From Phoronis australis (Eukaryota; Animalia; Phoronida): a stretch of DNA of 64,000 nt. The stretch spans positions 596,304 to 660,303 of the forward strand of contig NMRA01000162.1 of assembly GCA_002633005.1 (NCBI GenBank), written 5' to 3'. A program made the position numbers and the translations under genes. Below the pieces are notes generated by a model that saw only the letters and a list, made by a program, of their open reading frames with translations, made no database searches and had not been told where the DNA came from. Positions 13,230 through 27,116 of the stretch are shown here, piece by piece; position 1 is the stretch's first letter, and every line of letters begins with the position of its first letter.

Positions 13230-13464
13230 TGCTAAACACCCCAAGGTTGAACGGTCTTTATTCGTCGTGTACTGTTACACAATGGCGGTGAACTACATCG
13301 TGGGATATGATCTAGTTTGTGTAACCCAGCACCATGTCACGGTGTCAAAAGTCGACGTTTCGCGGATTTTATTTTAGTTTCGCTTTTTGAAAATAACTAA
13401 AGATACAATTTTACGATAATTTGAATAAAAAAGCTAAACATACTACAGTACTTAATTAATTATG

Positions 13465-14130
13465 CGAGTAAGTACTTGGGAGCAGATCGCTTGTCCAATA
13501 GTGAACTAATCTCCAGTTTCACTGGTACAAAGGTCTACTAATCATGCGAATCTCAACCTTCTGATGAAGTTTTGTCGGCATTTTACGATACTCACAGATG
13601 CGTCAAATAAATGGCAGCGCTTGGTCTGTCGCACCTAGTTTGTCGGTCTAAAAACATTTGGTTGGGGGTCGTTGCCACCAAACAATCATATTTATGCCGG
13701 TGCATTGAATCACGTGCAGCCAAAGGCACTTAATGGCTGAAAAGCAGTTTTCGACATCTTGCCTCTCCTTTTCCGAAATAAAATTGGTGAGATTTTGCTT
13801 AAAAATGCCTCGAAATGAGATTCTTGGCGAGCGGCAAAATTATGTCCGGACGTCACCGATCGTGTTTCATGTTTTTGAAATTTTATTAAACCATCATTCG
13901 CGATCAACAATGAGTTAATTAGATTTATTTTATTTCACGGTGAAAGCGTGTGATAGTGTTTGCCAAAAAAGTGGGATGTCAATCTTGTGCAAACGTAACA
14001 ACATTAATGAAAACGCAAGGATAATGCTTTTAGCGTACATTCAGTGACGGATGGAGGAATTGTGTTAGGACAAAGGCCCGTGGAAGCAATGAGTTTTAGG
14101 AGTATTTTTGGGCCATTGAGCATTCTTTGA
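13465..14130 (+). repeat. Interspersed repeat, second diverged copy at ~32425-33035
   Basis: Shared ttttgtcggcatt..cgatactcaca..tgcgtcaaata, tcacgtgca, tcgcgatcaa, gcaaacgta, gaattgtgtt.ggacaa. Confidence 0.6.
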
Positions 14131-14619
14131 AGCCCGATTTTGCCAAGCCCAAGAAACCTAAACAAGGTGCATAAGTTCCCGGCAGGTCGATGTTGACGGT
14201 AGGTAGGCTTGCGCATAAAAAGGTCGCAGAAACGAAGTACAGCACAGCCATTGAATTATTAGCCTTCGTCCGGTCTGCCTCTGGTCTGACTAGGCGTGAC
14301 CGTAACCAAGGACAGACCGGAGAGTGAGGCTTGAGTCGACCTTCACAACTAGCGTGTGCGCAAGCGTGATTGTGCCCGGAGCTTACCGCGAGTCAGGCGT
14401 GAACGAAGCACGAAGGGCTGTTAGCCAGGCGTGATTCAGATACCCTTAGGCGGCGAGAAAGATAATACATTTATGTAACTAGGAAAGTGTAATGCAAATG
14501 GACAGGCATAACGAAATAACCACTACAAAATATGTATCTACCCCGACATCTTAAAATACGACAAATTATCACTTAACGTTCCCCAGGCTTGGTAAATCGA
14601 TGCGAACTTTTTGCTCAAG

Positions 14620-15269
14620 TCACCTTGCTGACCGAGTCCTTTTAGTTTTAACTCTTCTCTTTGGCCAAGTATTCCCCGTATCTGTCGAACTCTTCATTAT
14701 TGTGATTTGTTTGCAACCTTTCATTGTTTTCATTCTCGATTTCGAGTACGACTCTTTCGTTGCAGAATCTTTCTTTTTCACCTCACAGGCCCCAGACCCA
14801 AAACTGTTTTTTGATGACCGCTGATCTTCATCTTTTTTTACTGATGATCGTGGCGTTTTGACTTCGGAGTCTGGTGAACATTTCAAATGACCATGTGAAG
14901 CAGACTCTATCAGTTCATCAATATTGACAGGCACGTTGCTGCCTGGTGTCTGGGACCTATCAGATTTCTTGTTAATTGGCGGCTCCTCGTAAATGTTGCC
15001 TTCTGTTTTCAGAGACATTTTCACTAGTAGCTCAATACTGTCCATCAGCACCATTTCTTGTCCATCGTCTTTTTTGAAGCAATATGTTGGACTGGGTTCG
15101 TTCGATTGCTTTAGAAAACTTTCTGCAATGTAACACGGACTCGGTTGTTTGTAAGGGGTCTTGATGGAGTTTGAACGCCTTCTGATCTTGAAGAAAACGA
15201 TCAGAACTCCGGTAAAGATGACCAGGAAAAGACCTCCGCCAAAGGATGGCACTATGATCACCGCAACAT
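14620..15269 (-). CDS. Terminal exon A of Ig-TSP1 receptor: TM helix plus cytoplasmic tail (proximal copy)
   Basis: Phase-1 acceptor ttttttgttttag|AT GTT GCG, in frame with the TSP1 donor (G+AT = Asp); DVAVIIVPSFGGGLFLVIFTGVLIVFF-KIRRR; open to TGA at 14620-14622. Confidence 0.85.
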
Positions 15270-16107
15270 CTAAAACAAAAAACATGACTAATGTGTTCTA
15301 GGGATATTGGTTAACTCCCGTTAATTAAGAATACTTACGTAACACGCGATATTGGTTTTGACTTTGCCAAACGTGAATTTGAAAAATTGTGCTGTAACTA
15401 GCTCAGTCTCGCTTTCTGACAAGTTTCTTGGACCAAACTAACGTGTCAGTGTTTCTCGTAACAAAAACATACGACAAACGTAGTACACTTAAAGGAGCAT
15501 GCCACCCAAAAAACAACCTAGTTTGTATCAATGAATTTAGATCGAGTAGTTCTAGTCCCTAACGACACGTATGGTTGCGTTACCTGACACCTGACGGCAG
15601 ACGGAGGTGTTGAAATTATCCAATGACGTCATCGGTTTCAACGCAGTCTGTTCAGCAGTTCACAACACGGGTTACTAGTGTCAGCTTATCGCTTGAAGAC
15701 ATTGTTTAACACCAATAAATCATCAAACTCCGAGTTCTTATAAAAACGTGTTGTTTTATTTCGCTTTTACGGATATATTGGTATTTGGACACACCGTAGC
15801 CTACAAAGTTCGGCAGGCCAATAAGGTCCCGTAGTAGGAGTTTGGGGTCTGTTCGGAGATAATTTCGAAGTACATTCTGTGAGATACAGACAAGAAGACC
15901 TAGATCCCAGTTGTTTAGACTTGCGATTTTTTGAGTTCTTAACACAAAACGCTTGTTATCCTGGCCAGTGGCTCGGAGCCCGATCAGGCCCGTCGCGGCC
16001 GGCCGGATTGACTCATTATCCCGGCCTGTAGCTTGGAAACTGATCAGACATCACGAACATGAACCAGCCAAAGTTCAGTGGAAACTAAACTTCCGTCTAA
16101 AAAAGTA

Positions 16108-19100
16108 CAGCACACATCACGAATTTTTGTCCGACCGGTCGGAAATTGGTCGGCGACCAGCCGTCGACCGGTCGTCTAGCCGACCAATAGCCGACCAACA
16201 ACGGTCGGCTAGGAGCCGTCTGCTCAGTCGCCTCTGTGGTCGGCAATTGGGTCCGCTAAGTGGTCGCCTAGCGTAGACGACCAATTCGGATTAAGTATGT
16301 CCTTGGTCGGCAATTATCATTTTATGACTTAGCGGGTGAACTTTGGACAAACAAACATTTATCTGTTCGCTGTTCGTTTACCAGTGGCAACTCCGGTCTT
16401 GACATCGGTTTATCAACTTTTGTTCAACTATTGAAAGGAGGTAAAATCGAATCAACCTACAAATACGAAGTGCGTGACATTACACCAGCCTAAAACCTCA
16501 TGTTGAATTAATGACAGCGTGGTAAAATCAAACGTTAAGTGATATCGCGGAAGCATAATTTCTAACTTTAGATATGAGACTTTTTATACAATATATTATG
16601 CATAAAAACAAGCACGGAATTTGAAATTTACAGTAAAATCGCATAGAAAACAGAATACAACACTGGATATTTTACGACCTCAAGTGTTTTCATCCCGCGG
16701 AATACTCAACAAGCAGCACGCATTTGCGCTCATCCGTTATTGCTCTAGATCATCACGCTGTATATTGCACTTTACCACAGATAATAATTGTTCATTTCTG
16801 TATAATTTGTTAATATCTTGGTATAGCAATAGAACCCAAGTTTATTTTAGGAACAACGTAAACAATGGTTTGAACATAGCGCCGATATTTATCATGGGCG
16901 CATGAAAACGGAAGACTGTGATCGGTTTATAGTGTCGTCCATCGTCCATCATCATTCTGATATTGTCACTATCGCAGCAAAAAATCCTTTCGAAGCTAGA
17001 GCTTTCCTATCTAGCCAGCTAGCTGTGTGAAGACTATTTTCAAAATACAGCAAGGTGCCACTGCGTATTGAGCTCAAACAGACCTCGAAAATTCACAGAG
17101 CCCGGATAGTTACGCTGGTCACTTCGTCGAAAAGCTTGTATCAACATGAGCTGAAGACCGGCAGGTGTGCATGCAAACTTGGAAGTCAATTGGCATTCAG
17201 TTGCCGGTTACGGCCGTTTAAGCGATAATCATCCGACGTCATCTTCTTGCGTAATTCTCTGCCTTTTGTAACGAAAAAACGTATGTCGTCGTTTTGAAAG
17301 AGTTTATTCGTGACACGCGCCACTTTCAAAATGTTTTCGACATCTCCCATTAGATGGGGACAACATTTCAGCAAAATTTGTTCTAAAATTCAGTTCACTG
17401 ATATCAAAATTCCACAAACATATAATAAAGTGAAACCAACTCTGATCATTTGTCGTGACGTTTACGCAACCTCGAGAGAGAACGTTTGATTGAAGAATTT
17501 GGGGAAAAGAAACTGGCTAATAGGTGACGCAATATTTCATTGCGTCGAAAGTCGACGAAAAAGCTCACACTATAATTTTAGCAGCAGAATAATTGCAAAA
17601 AGCTAATTTTTGCAACGCTGGTAAATAATTTATATTACTCTAGGAAGACTTCATTCGGTCAGTTTTTGCCCACAACGGCACAAATTTGTATATTTAATTT
17701 AGTAATCAGCTTCGCACCAAGGTTAGAGCCTTCCGCGTCCTTTGGCGTAAGAACACAATACTTGACGTTTCGCGTATACTCCAAGGAATAAAACTTTGAA
17801 AAAATTATCTTCGGGGTAACCTGGCACATGTAATCCTAAAAAAGTAGTCTGTGTTTTCACGTAGAGCGTAAAAATTACTTACCCAGTGATTCAAAAAGAA
17901 CACCTTCGTAAACGAAAACGCACATAATTTTCAGCTCTATTACACTGGTTGAAAACAACTTCTATAAGTCTATTGCATCGGATTCTAGTGATCACCAGGG
18001 CCCGGTCTCCAATCTTTTTACTCGAAATGGAACTCGAAATTAGGTTTGTCATTTTCTACTCTACTTTTGGGCGAACTCAAGATAAGTGTCTATTATTCTA
18101 TGCTTGAGTACACAATAACTTACGTAGATAATTTATTGCCCTTAGTTCACAGTTTGTAAACCCAATATTAAAGCAATAATTTCGAGTTTGAACTCGAAAT
18201 TTCGAGTTTTTACTCTAGTTTGTAGCACAAATATAAGGGTCTTCAAGGGTAAACTTGAACTAGAAACTCCTATGCATAAACTATAATGTATTCGAGCACA
18301 GTCTGATAACCAATTGTCTTAAGTTCGCACAAAAGGAGCAGAGAAATTTCCAAAAAATAGTTTCGAGTTCGTTTCGAGTACAAAGATTAGAGACCGGGCC
18401 CTGGGCAAGTCAAAACTCTTAAGGAGGCGCAATTTCACCGAAACCTTTGGCATGAATCAGTGATATAAAAATGGAATTAGACCGACTTTAATTCATCAGC
18501 AATGTAGACACAACAGTTACAGACACTAACTGCGTTTGTTAAAGTCTTGTGACAATGATAAAAATAATTGTTTCTACTATGATTGAAAAATGTTTTACTC
18601 TGATGAGGTATGATGCAATATGCATGTCTAATATGCAGATCGGCAGTTGCAAAAATTGTTACTGGGTTTAATGAATCCGTTTGTTATGAACCACTGCAAA
18701 AGTATTTTTACTAATTGTACATTCGAAGCACGCCTCATTCGAATAAAACATACACATGCTTGATGATCCTGGGAGTACAGGCATGAATGAGGATACGTAG
18801 TTGTTAAGCCATAGATGATAATAAGGCTTACATAATATCACACTGAGCCATCTACACCAGGCATATACAAAGGATACAGTATTTCAAAACAATCCACAAC
18901 TACCAATTTTCATAGTCATAACTGCTCATTTTTCATAGTATTACTAAATCAGGAACACCTAGATTTATATAAGAAGTTTGATGCTACACAACCTGCTCTC
19001 CCACATTTATGGGAGGCCTAATTTGAAACATTTAACGGCATATTTTTTCTATGCAAGATTAAAACCAAGCAAAACATGTTAACTCTCCAGGACCAAAAAT

Positions 19101-21624
19101 AAATATCTCAAAACCAGAAATTTTACCTAAGCAGGAATTAAAACAATCCAATACATTGAGATTGTTTTCACACAGAAGACCAAAAAACAAATGAAGACCA
19201 AAAAACAAATGAAGACCAAAATTCACCACGTCAACACTGAAAATTTATCACATCAGCACCTATAATTTATCAAGTGAGGACAAAAAATTCTTCACTTTAG
19301 GATCAAAATAAAATACGACCGAACTGAAAACTTAATAAGTCAGGTTCAAAAACTTACCACGTCAGTGACTTTTCACGCCAGAACACCACGTCACCATCCC
19401 CAAGCATAGATCCTTCAAAGTGATAATGTCCGTACTATACGTATAAACAAGGGCTAAATGTTCAACCTCTTGCCGACGAAATGCGGTTGAATTTCTTTCG
19501 TCTAATCCACGTTTTACAATAGATGCCAAGTATACGTACACACTGGATTGTCATCATTGCATAATGGGTGATCACGTAGTCTCCGGGCATGAAAACAATT
19601 CTCTCCTGGCGTGATAAGTTTTCTGACACAACAAGTCCTGGTTGCCAATTGTTTTTGATTCTACAGATTTCAATTCCTGAATAGAAAATGTGTGTTCTGG
19701 ATTTTTCCGCTTCATCTTTCCATTCAGCTAACTAGTGTACAGCACAGTGTTTTTACTATCCTGTGGCGGCTCCACTGCAACGAATCCCTTCTGGTACAAC
19801 CTTCCGTAAATGACATTCGTACTTTGCACATTTCTTCGGGGTAACAGTTTTCCAAGAGCTATAAATTTATTGGGCAAGTTTCTGTTTGGTATTCGGTTTT
19901 ATTTTCTTTCTCAGGTAGTCCTTGAGCTCAGGCTCTGAATGTTTTGTATACGCAGCTCTTTCTTTACGCAGATACCGTTTTCCGCCTGTGGACACCGACT
20001 CGCTGAATTCATCAACCAAACATTTATTTTTGAAAATGCCCTCAAAAGTGTACTTTTTTAAAACACCGTGTTGACCATAGTCGTAAGTGTAGTAAAGTGA
20101 AATGAACAAATTTGTACACACTGCTCAAAACACTTATGTGGACATACGAAAACGCCAACGTCTCTGTCTTACAACGCTGCGAGTGATTGGCATTTCATTT
20201 CGTGTTGGAAAGATTTTTAAGACTGAGCACCTTTTTAAAAATAGTATTTTTTCATACAGCTGAGAACAGAAGAATTATTCTGCGATTTTAGGACTGAAAC
20301 GGAATCAAATCTCGAGTGGTGACTCATTAGAATGTGCAAAACTCGGGGAGGCGGGGTGGTGGCGATACAAGCATGATGTATATATATTTTTTATTTACAT
20401 TTTGTAGTTGCCACTTCCCATTCAGCGTCACTTACTACCTAAGGTAGTAAGATCATACGCTATAAATATCACCAGACGTTTTCCTTCTCAAAGCAGCACC
20501 TTCATGTATTTTCAATATTTTTTTGCCATCGCAATCGCTTTACCAAAGATTCACGCACATATGCCGCGTAGAAACAAATACCTCTTCACCACGTATTTAC
20601 ATCTTCCCGTTCACAATTGTTTTATTTTACATAATTTGTCAATATGTTGTTGACAAAAAATATTTATTTTTGGAACAACGTGAACGGCCAACTGATAGGC
20701 GTCTACGTGTACATGTAACTAGCCCAGATTTTAACGTCACCGATAAATGAAAACGGAATGCGCAAAGCTGCAATTGGCTGTAGCCTCAAAAGTGGCCATT
20801 CTGTGTTAGATATCACCTTCTTAATTCATGGAAATCGTAACCATAGTATGATTTTGAAGTTAGAGCCATCAAAGTCCGTGGGTTTAGGGCATAGATCTAC
20901 TGGACCGTGAATTTCGCGACTGTACTTACTGCAGGGGTCAATACTATGAAAATAAAATCCCCGAAGTGTGTAACAACTCACTCACTTATACATCATCTTG
21001 GGCGCGTGATAGGAGTCCAGTGAATAATTTAAAAAACGCAAAAATGATGCAGTTTGGCGTTACACAAACAAAATCAATTGTGGGCGAAGACTGCGAAAAA
21101 TAGCCGCGTTTACAAAATGACTACAGCGTTGTATTGATCGGGAAGCAACCAATCTAATACAATTTGTTAACTTCACGAGTCAAATTAAAGATCAAATGTA
21201 AAGAAAACTTTCACGTTTTTCATCCAGAACTTGTTGCATTGTGCATCATCCAATATTTACTATTACCGCTTGCCTTCAAACTTCGAATTAGTGGTGTTAC
21301 ACAACCGACGTGAACTCATGTAACCGAAACAGCAAAACGAGGTTAATTTATTTGACCCTGTGCTAAGACGAATATGCACCGACACGCGAAGTGGTATGAG
21401 CCTGACAACGTATTACGCAACTGCTACTCTAGCCTAAAAATAGCAGCTGACCAGCTGGTCGGCTGATGGCCGGTCGGCAAAAGGGTCGGCTGAAGGGTCG
21501 GCTGGGGAGTCGCCTTAAGAGTCGGCACTGCGGGCGGCTGCCGGTCGGCTAATTTGCCGACCGGTCGACGGCCAGTCGTCGACCAATTTCCTACCGGGCG
21601 GACAAAAATTCGTGATGTGTGCTG
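16108..21624. mobile_element. TA-flanked TIR DNA element (Tc1/mariner-like target site), no intact ORF seen
   Basis: TA|cagcacacatcacgaatttttgtccg.ccggt ... ggacaaaaattcgtgatgtgtgctg|TA; the host Kolobok sequence is contiguous in the sister copy near 29431 (aaaagactatactag); second copy at 44811-47680. Confidence 0.85.
17999..18400. mobile_element. PIF/Harbinger-type MITE
   Basis: cag|ggcccggtctc..aatcttt ... aaagatt.gagaccgggcc|ctg (CWG target); the empty site gatcaccagggcaagtc is present in the sister element near 46652. Confidence 0.85.
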
Positions 21625-24600
21625 TACTATACTAGCGAGCCAAAGTGACGTGCACGTGATTATGTTGGCGAATCAGCCACGAAACTGCAAATCTACTTAC
21701 TCGATCGTCGGGGGACGCGAATTCATGTTCCGCTTTGGCCACAGCAACGCGGGTCAGGGCAAAAGTTGTACATTGACAATCATTATTTGAGTAAGGTAAA
21801 TGTAAATAAAGATTCCCCTAACACTTGGCCGTGAGATAGAAATCGAGTTGTTTCACAACAGTTTCTGCCAGCAAACACTAAATTAGCATGAGCTCGCGCG
21901 GCCTCGGTGTCCCATTAATTAGTTTTATAGCAGCTAAAGACGGTAACGCAGTGATTTATTCCTTGCTGGCTTCTCAAATCATTTGCACTCACGAACACTC
22001 CAAAGGCATTACAAATTGCATCTAATGAGACAGATTTTGTTTCAGTTTGGTTAGGGTGAGAATAATTCATTTTTAAACAGAACGCTCAGTAATAAACGCC
22101 ATCATGATATCTCGCAATCCCCGGCCGACTTGGACGAGCTAGAGCTCACCAGTCCCGACTTTGCAGGTGGATCGTTAAGTTTTACAGGCTATCGATTCGA
22201 ACAGGAATACAGTGATTAAGAAACAATAGAGCGGCGCCGTGAACAAGCTCAGAGACCGAACGGAACGTATGGAGTTATTTGTCAGGCACTTTCGACGTCT
22301 GCAGGCCACAGACGCGGAGATGTTTCACTGCCTCATACTTGGTATTTACAGCGTATATTTCATTCTTCGCTACCGTGAGCCACTTCCTAAGCATTTCGGA
22401 CTCTCGGTGAAGTGACGATTTACCCGCTTTCCTCGCAGCTGCTTAGTTCGGACAAGCGAGAACGATGCACCGCAACATAGCGGCAATCACTCTGCATATG
22501 AACCACTGACGTCGCTAGCGTCGTTTCTCACCTTCCTCACAGGTTAACGCGACACCTCTTGGCAAGGTAAGGTCGACCGTATGCGAGGCGATGTGGATAT
22601 AGGTCGATTAAGATGGCAAAAAGACTAATTAAATCGGGTGGCATTCTCCTTTAAGACCAGGCAAAAATCCATACAGGGGTGATAAACCCTATGTGACGGA
22701 TTTGGATCATATTCTGCATTTTTGTTTACTTTCTTATGGTAATTACTAAAATGCACTTTAAACAAATTCTATCGCTTTAGGTAGCTTAAAATTCGGGTAC
22801 CTCACTTTTCACTGAAAACCACTATCAGAACTTGCCCCAATAATCACAGTTTTTGTGACATTGTAAGTAATTACAGAAGCTACTAGAAAATGAACTAGCT
22901 TCTGTTTTGTATGAAGTCATCCATTGTCTTACTAAAATGAAAAATAAATGTGTCAAGTTGCACCTTAAATTCCACATTTCGGGTTTGAAGGGTCATGTGT
23001 TCATACAAGCAGAAAACATGGATAACTTGCCCAGGTTTGAATGAGTCAATCTCAGCTGAAGCCAAATTTTACACTTTCAAACTTTATTGTGGGTTTGATC
23101 TATCTTAGTAGAATAGATATTTGGCATCAAAACCACCGGCAAACACATGTCTTCATATAATAATGAGCAATTGTTCGCAGCCACCTCAGCCAAAGTGAGC
23201 ACTTGTGACAATAAATAATAGTCATCGACAATGTTGACTTTTGAGATTAAAAAGTGCTCAAAAGGCTGTTAAATTATTGAGCTTACTTCTTAGAAAATAA
23301 AATTCAATAAAATTAGTATTTGTTTTTTTTTTACTGTGAATTACCATTTTGATGAAAATCCCTTCAGGTGTCTCTGATATCACTGAAGAAAACATGGCTG
23401 ATGAGGTGGTGGAAGTAGTTAATATAGTGTGTTCGTGGGCATAATCCTTCAAATCTGGTTTATGGAGCTTCAAAGGAATCTGGAACCATGCAGCAAGCAA
23501 TTGAAGCACTAACTGATTGCAGAAAGTCCATAGCAAGCCATTTGAAATATGTTAAAGTCACCGACCTAGTCCCGTTCAGTGACAGTGCTGAAACTGAAAG
23601 TGGCAGCTGATTCTTGCCAGGGTCAGAGTGGGCTTGTTTACAACAGTTTGCCCCCCAGTTTGTGGAAATCGTCGATCTCATCATGTTATCAAATAGAGGC
23701 CAAGTAAAAGTAAGATATGTGCCCACCTTCAACATCAGAAAGGCTCTAAGCCCAAGGCCAAGCTTGAGTTTGGAATGTAAGTGGAAATACAGTCATCAAA
23801 GAATTTCTGGAAGAACAGAATGTATCGATTCCAGTTGGGTCAAATAAGTTGTGCTGCAGGTCATCAATACTCTATACCTGTTGATAACGACTTTAATATG
23901 TTTGCTTTCTCAACTAGATTCTTACTGCAGTCGCCAGGAAGGGCACGACCCTATGAAGTAAAGCGACACTCGAGTACTAGAGTAATTTTAGTAACTTCTT
24001 CCAGTACTGACTTGTATTAGTAAAATATTCACTTTATCTCAATATTGAGGATTTGTCGAAATACATTCCATTTTATGAATACGCATGTGTAAGAAGTGGA
24101 AACTTGGTGTCCATTATCAAAAGATTTAATCGAGCCCTTGTCTCTTAGACACCAATTTCTCGTCTAATTCACCTGCAGTTGGTCACATTGCTCTATCCGT
24201 AGGGAAAAGGCTATTTATGGAAAATATAATTCTTGTGTTTACGGATTAACTTTCATACAATTGTAATATTTACAGGCATTTTTTTCAAGTGGAAACGAGG
24301 GTGACCAACCATCATTCTGGCTGCCCACGCCTTTGCCAAAGATCCATAAGTCGAATCAGTTTCTCACTGCTGCATCTGATGGAAGAGTCAACCCTGTTAG
24401 GACCCATCTTCTAACTGACACCGATGAATTTGCCGAAAGGTCCTAGCGATATTACAAACAGAAAGCCAGCAAATCATTATCTGTGACTCATGAATGTATT
24501 GCTCCTTGTCATAGGGATGTTCTGAAGAATGTCTCTCATCTCAGCATATCAAATATTTTCCCGTTTAGCAGCACTCAATCATTCTGGGAAACTCGCACAG

Positions 24601-27116
24601 TTTGATGCCTTTGGAATGAAACGAATCGCTGAGGAAAACCATCGATTTGAACTGTGACAAACGATTGTTGAGTCAATGGAATTGCCGCAGTAGCACATTT
24701 CCAGTATACAAGACTCAGAAACATTTGAAATACAGTATCTCAAAAGGAGACAAACAAAATGCTATTTCCATTTCGTGATGTGTCATCTGTGCTGACTAAA
24801 GGTGTCTCATTGTGCACCTAATTTGCTCGCATTTTGTAAATGTGACCACATTTGTTCTTTTCTATTCACTTGATTTATGGCGTGTAATTTGCCTGTGTCC
24901 TATATCAGCCTCAATATCGTATTACTGTTCTCTAAACTACATTGGTGCTTGTTTAATGTTTGGCTATCGTATTGTTTTTGCTACATAAGTACAGTATAAC
25001 CTGCTCTGCTGCATATCTGTCTAACATAATAAACAATATTTTAAATCAGGACAGTTTTTAAATATTGCCCAACTTTGTTCCAAAATCTCTTTGCAGGATT
25101 ACCCAAGTTCACCTATATGCAGTCTGAATGTTTGTGTGTTTTATTTTCTTTTTGCTGCACATGCATTGTCTTATGATTTTTCAATGAAGTAGCTGACACT
25201 ACATGTACATGTATTAGTCTCGAGACTTCTGAATTTTTGGAGTCTGACTGATGGTAAGCACCAAACACCATTGCATACCCATACTAAACTCGGGCGGATC
25301 CAGGATTTTTAGTTGTGGGTCATGGCACAGAATTTCGCCACATCCGCGGGCCCACCCTAAAATCTAGGGATGCAGGGGTCTCGCAATTTTGAGTTTGTGG
25401 ACCTTACTACTAAGAAAATCCGTTAAAGGGGGTTTGTTCAAGGCCAATGCATTGTGCATTCGCCCCCGGAGCCCCCTGGGTGCGCGAAAAATGCTAGTCA
25501 GCAATTCACACCCCGAACTGACAAATGGTATCTGGGAGAATTTTAGGGGGGCATGGCCCCCTCCCGGAATCCACCATTGAAACTGTGATAGATGCAGAAA
25601 ACATCTAAACTGATTTTTCTGCTATCTTGCGTGTGAAATACTCGGTTTCCTGTTTTTTCATGAAAATGTCTACGAACCTTCCGCAAATACATCATTCTAT
25701 GCGTTGTCGGTAAAAACTAAAATAACATTGGTATCCATAATGCAAGAGTATTCAGACATCCATATGCACATCTGGGCGTGTGCTGTTCGGGGACTTCTCG
25801 AATGAGAAGCGTAAGAAAAGTTATTCAACAACGCCAATTTCACCGGTAGTCGACTGTCCTCACTATATCTGTTTTTCTAACCTCATTTAACTGCATCTAT
25901 CCCATACCATTTCAATATATCTCTTTTTTATGACTAACTACTTTGCTGTATGATTTGTTCGGTATCGGGTTTGGTGATATACACTGTATGGAGATGCAGT
26001 TGTCTACTTCCGGCGCAATACACCTATTATTGTTTTTATAAAATTCGTTGAACTGAGATTCGTCAGGACGCGATCAACCGACTTCGAGAAAATTAGAAAA
26101 CTAAATTTGAATCAGACCCACACATTAAAATTTTAGAATGTGAGTTTGCAGTTAGGTATAACTGAAGACTTACTTTATAGATTTTTTACTCAAGCATAAT
26201 GCATTTTGAAACGGTGAGTACATGCACATGCTATTGACAGCGTTATCGTCACGGTCAAATGAAACCAACGTGCCTTTTTGTGCTTCTTATTCTTTTCAGT
26301 AAAATAACAAAATTATAGCTCTCTTGATATGTTCGATCGCCTATTTTAAGATTTCAAAACAGTATTTTGAATCCTCGCATACATTTGTAACTATGCAGAC
26401 ATTGGCTGGTTGCACAATTTTGGTGAGGTGCCCCACTTCTAGAGCCCGATGCGGTATGAAGAATGGTGATTGCCTAGACTTTTGTTGGTTTTATTTCATA
26501 GAGCTAAGATCAATCTAAACACTGGTTGTAGTTTTGTTGTTTTAGATTTGGCTTTAGCTGAGATATTTAGGCAGGAAGTAGGGCAATTTTCAACATTTTG
26601 GAATCACCACAAACTAGCTAAACTGGTAGCCCTCAAAAACGGCTAAGATGTAACTGAAACCGCGATATTTTCTACGACTGGCAAGTTGAAAGACACCTCA
26701 ATTCAGTGATAAACTTGAAGTGTTTCATTTTGCATTATTGTTCTCAAGGTAAGTTCGCAAAAAGTGGAAAAAGTAGCTGTAACGAGGCTTGGAATTGGCA
26801 GAAAAAAACACGTTCCCATAGCAACCACAAGGTGGCGCACACAAAACAAAAATCAATGTTGGTATGAATGTTGAGGCATCAACCCCTACCATCATGCAAA
26901 AAATCGAGGAAATCCGTGACATAGCTTGTATCACTTTTTGCCTGGTCCATTCGTGGACGTGCTCTTAAGTTCTTTTAAAAACAAATTTAAACCGACGTTC
27001 CGGTAATGGTATGTGGTCTACATCAAAAGCTTGGCGTTTGCTATAAAAGTGTGGCTCTCTGAAGCATGGAGTCATGTCTTTGTTGACAACAATTTTTTTC
27101 GAGTTATCATACTTAC

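Larger units (their letters stand above)
15493..22650. mobile_element. Non-autonomous Kolobok-type DNA transposon, interrupted at 16108-21624
   Basis: TTAA|aggagcatgccaccc ... gggtggcattctcct|TTAA; minus-strand THAP remnant at ~22290-22480 (MLRCIV.ACPN..RKWL.V.KN..LRVCG). Confidence 0.8.
15482..26964 (+). mobile_element. Outer TTAA-targeting DNA element (GAG..CTC termini; Sola3- or Kolobok-like), interrupted by nested insertions
   Basis: 22655-23210 is near-identical to 63443-64000. The intact copy reads ttaa|gagtgcagtacacttcagaccaggcaaaaa; here agtacacttaa..gaccaggcaaaaa is split by an insertion. Right end tttttgcctggtc..gctc|ttaa at 26935-26968. The extreme left terminus is eroded. Confidence 0.65.

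Noticed and set aside
16108-16280. GC-rich ccgac/gtcgg repeats resembling an array
   Set aside because: Subterminal repeats of a TIR element (also at ~21450-21624, 44811 and 47500-47680); no repeat-spacer periodicity, so not CRISPR.
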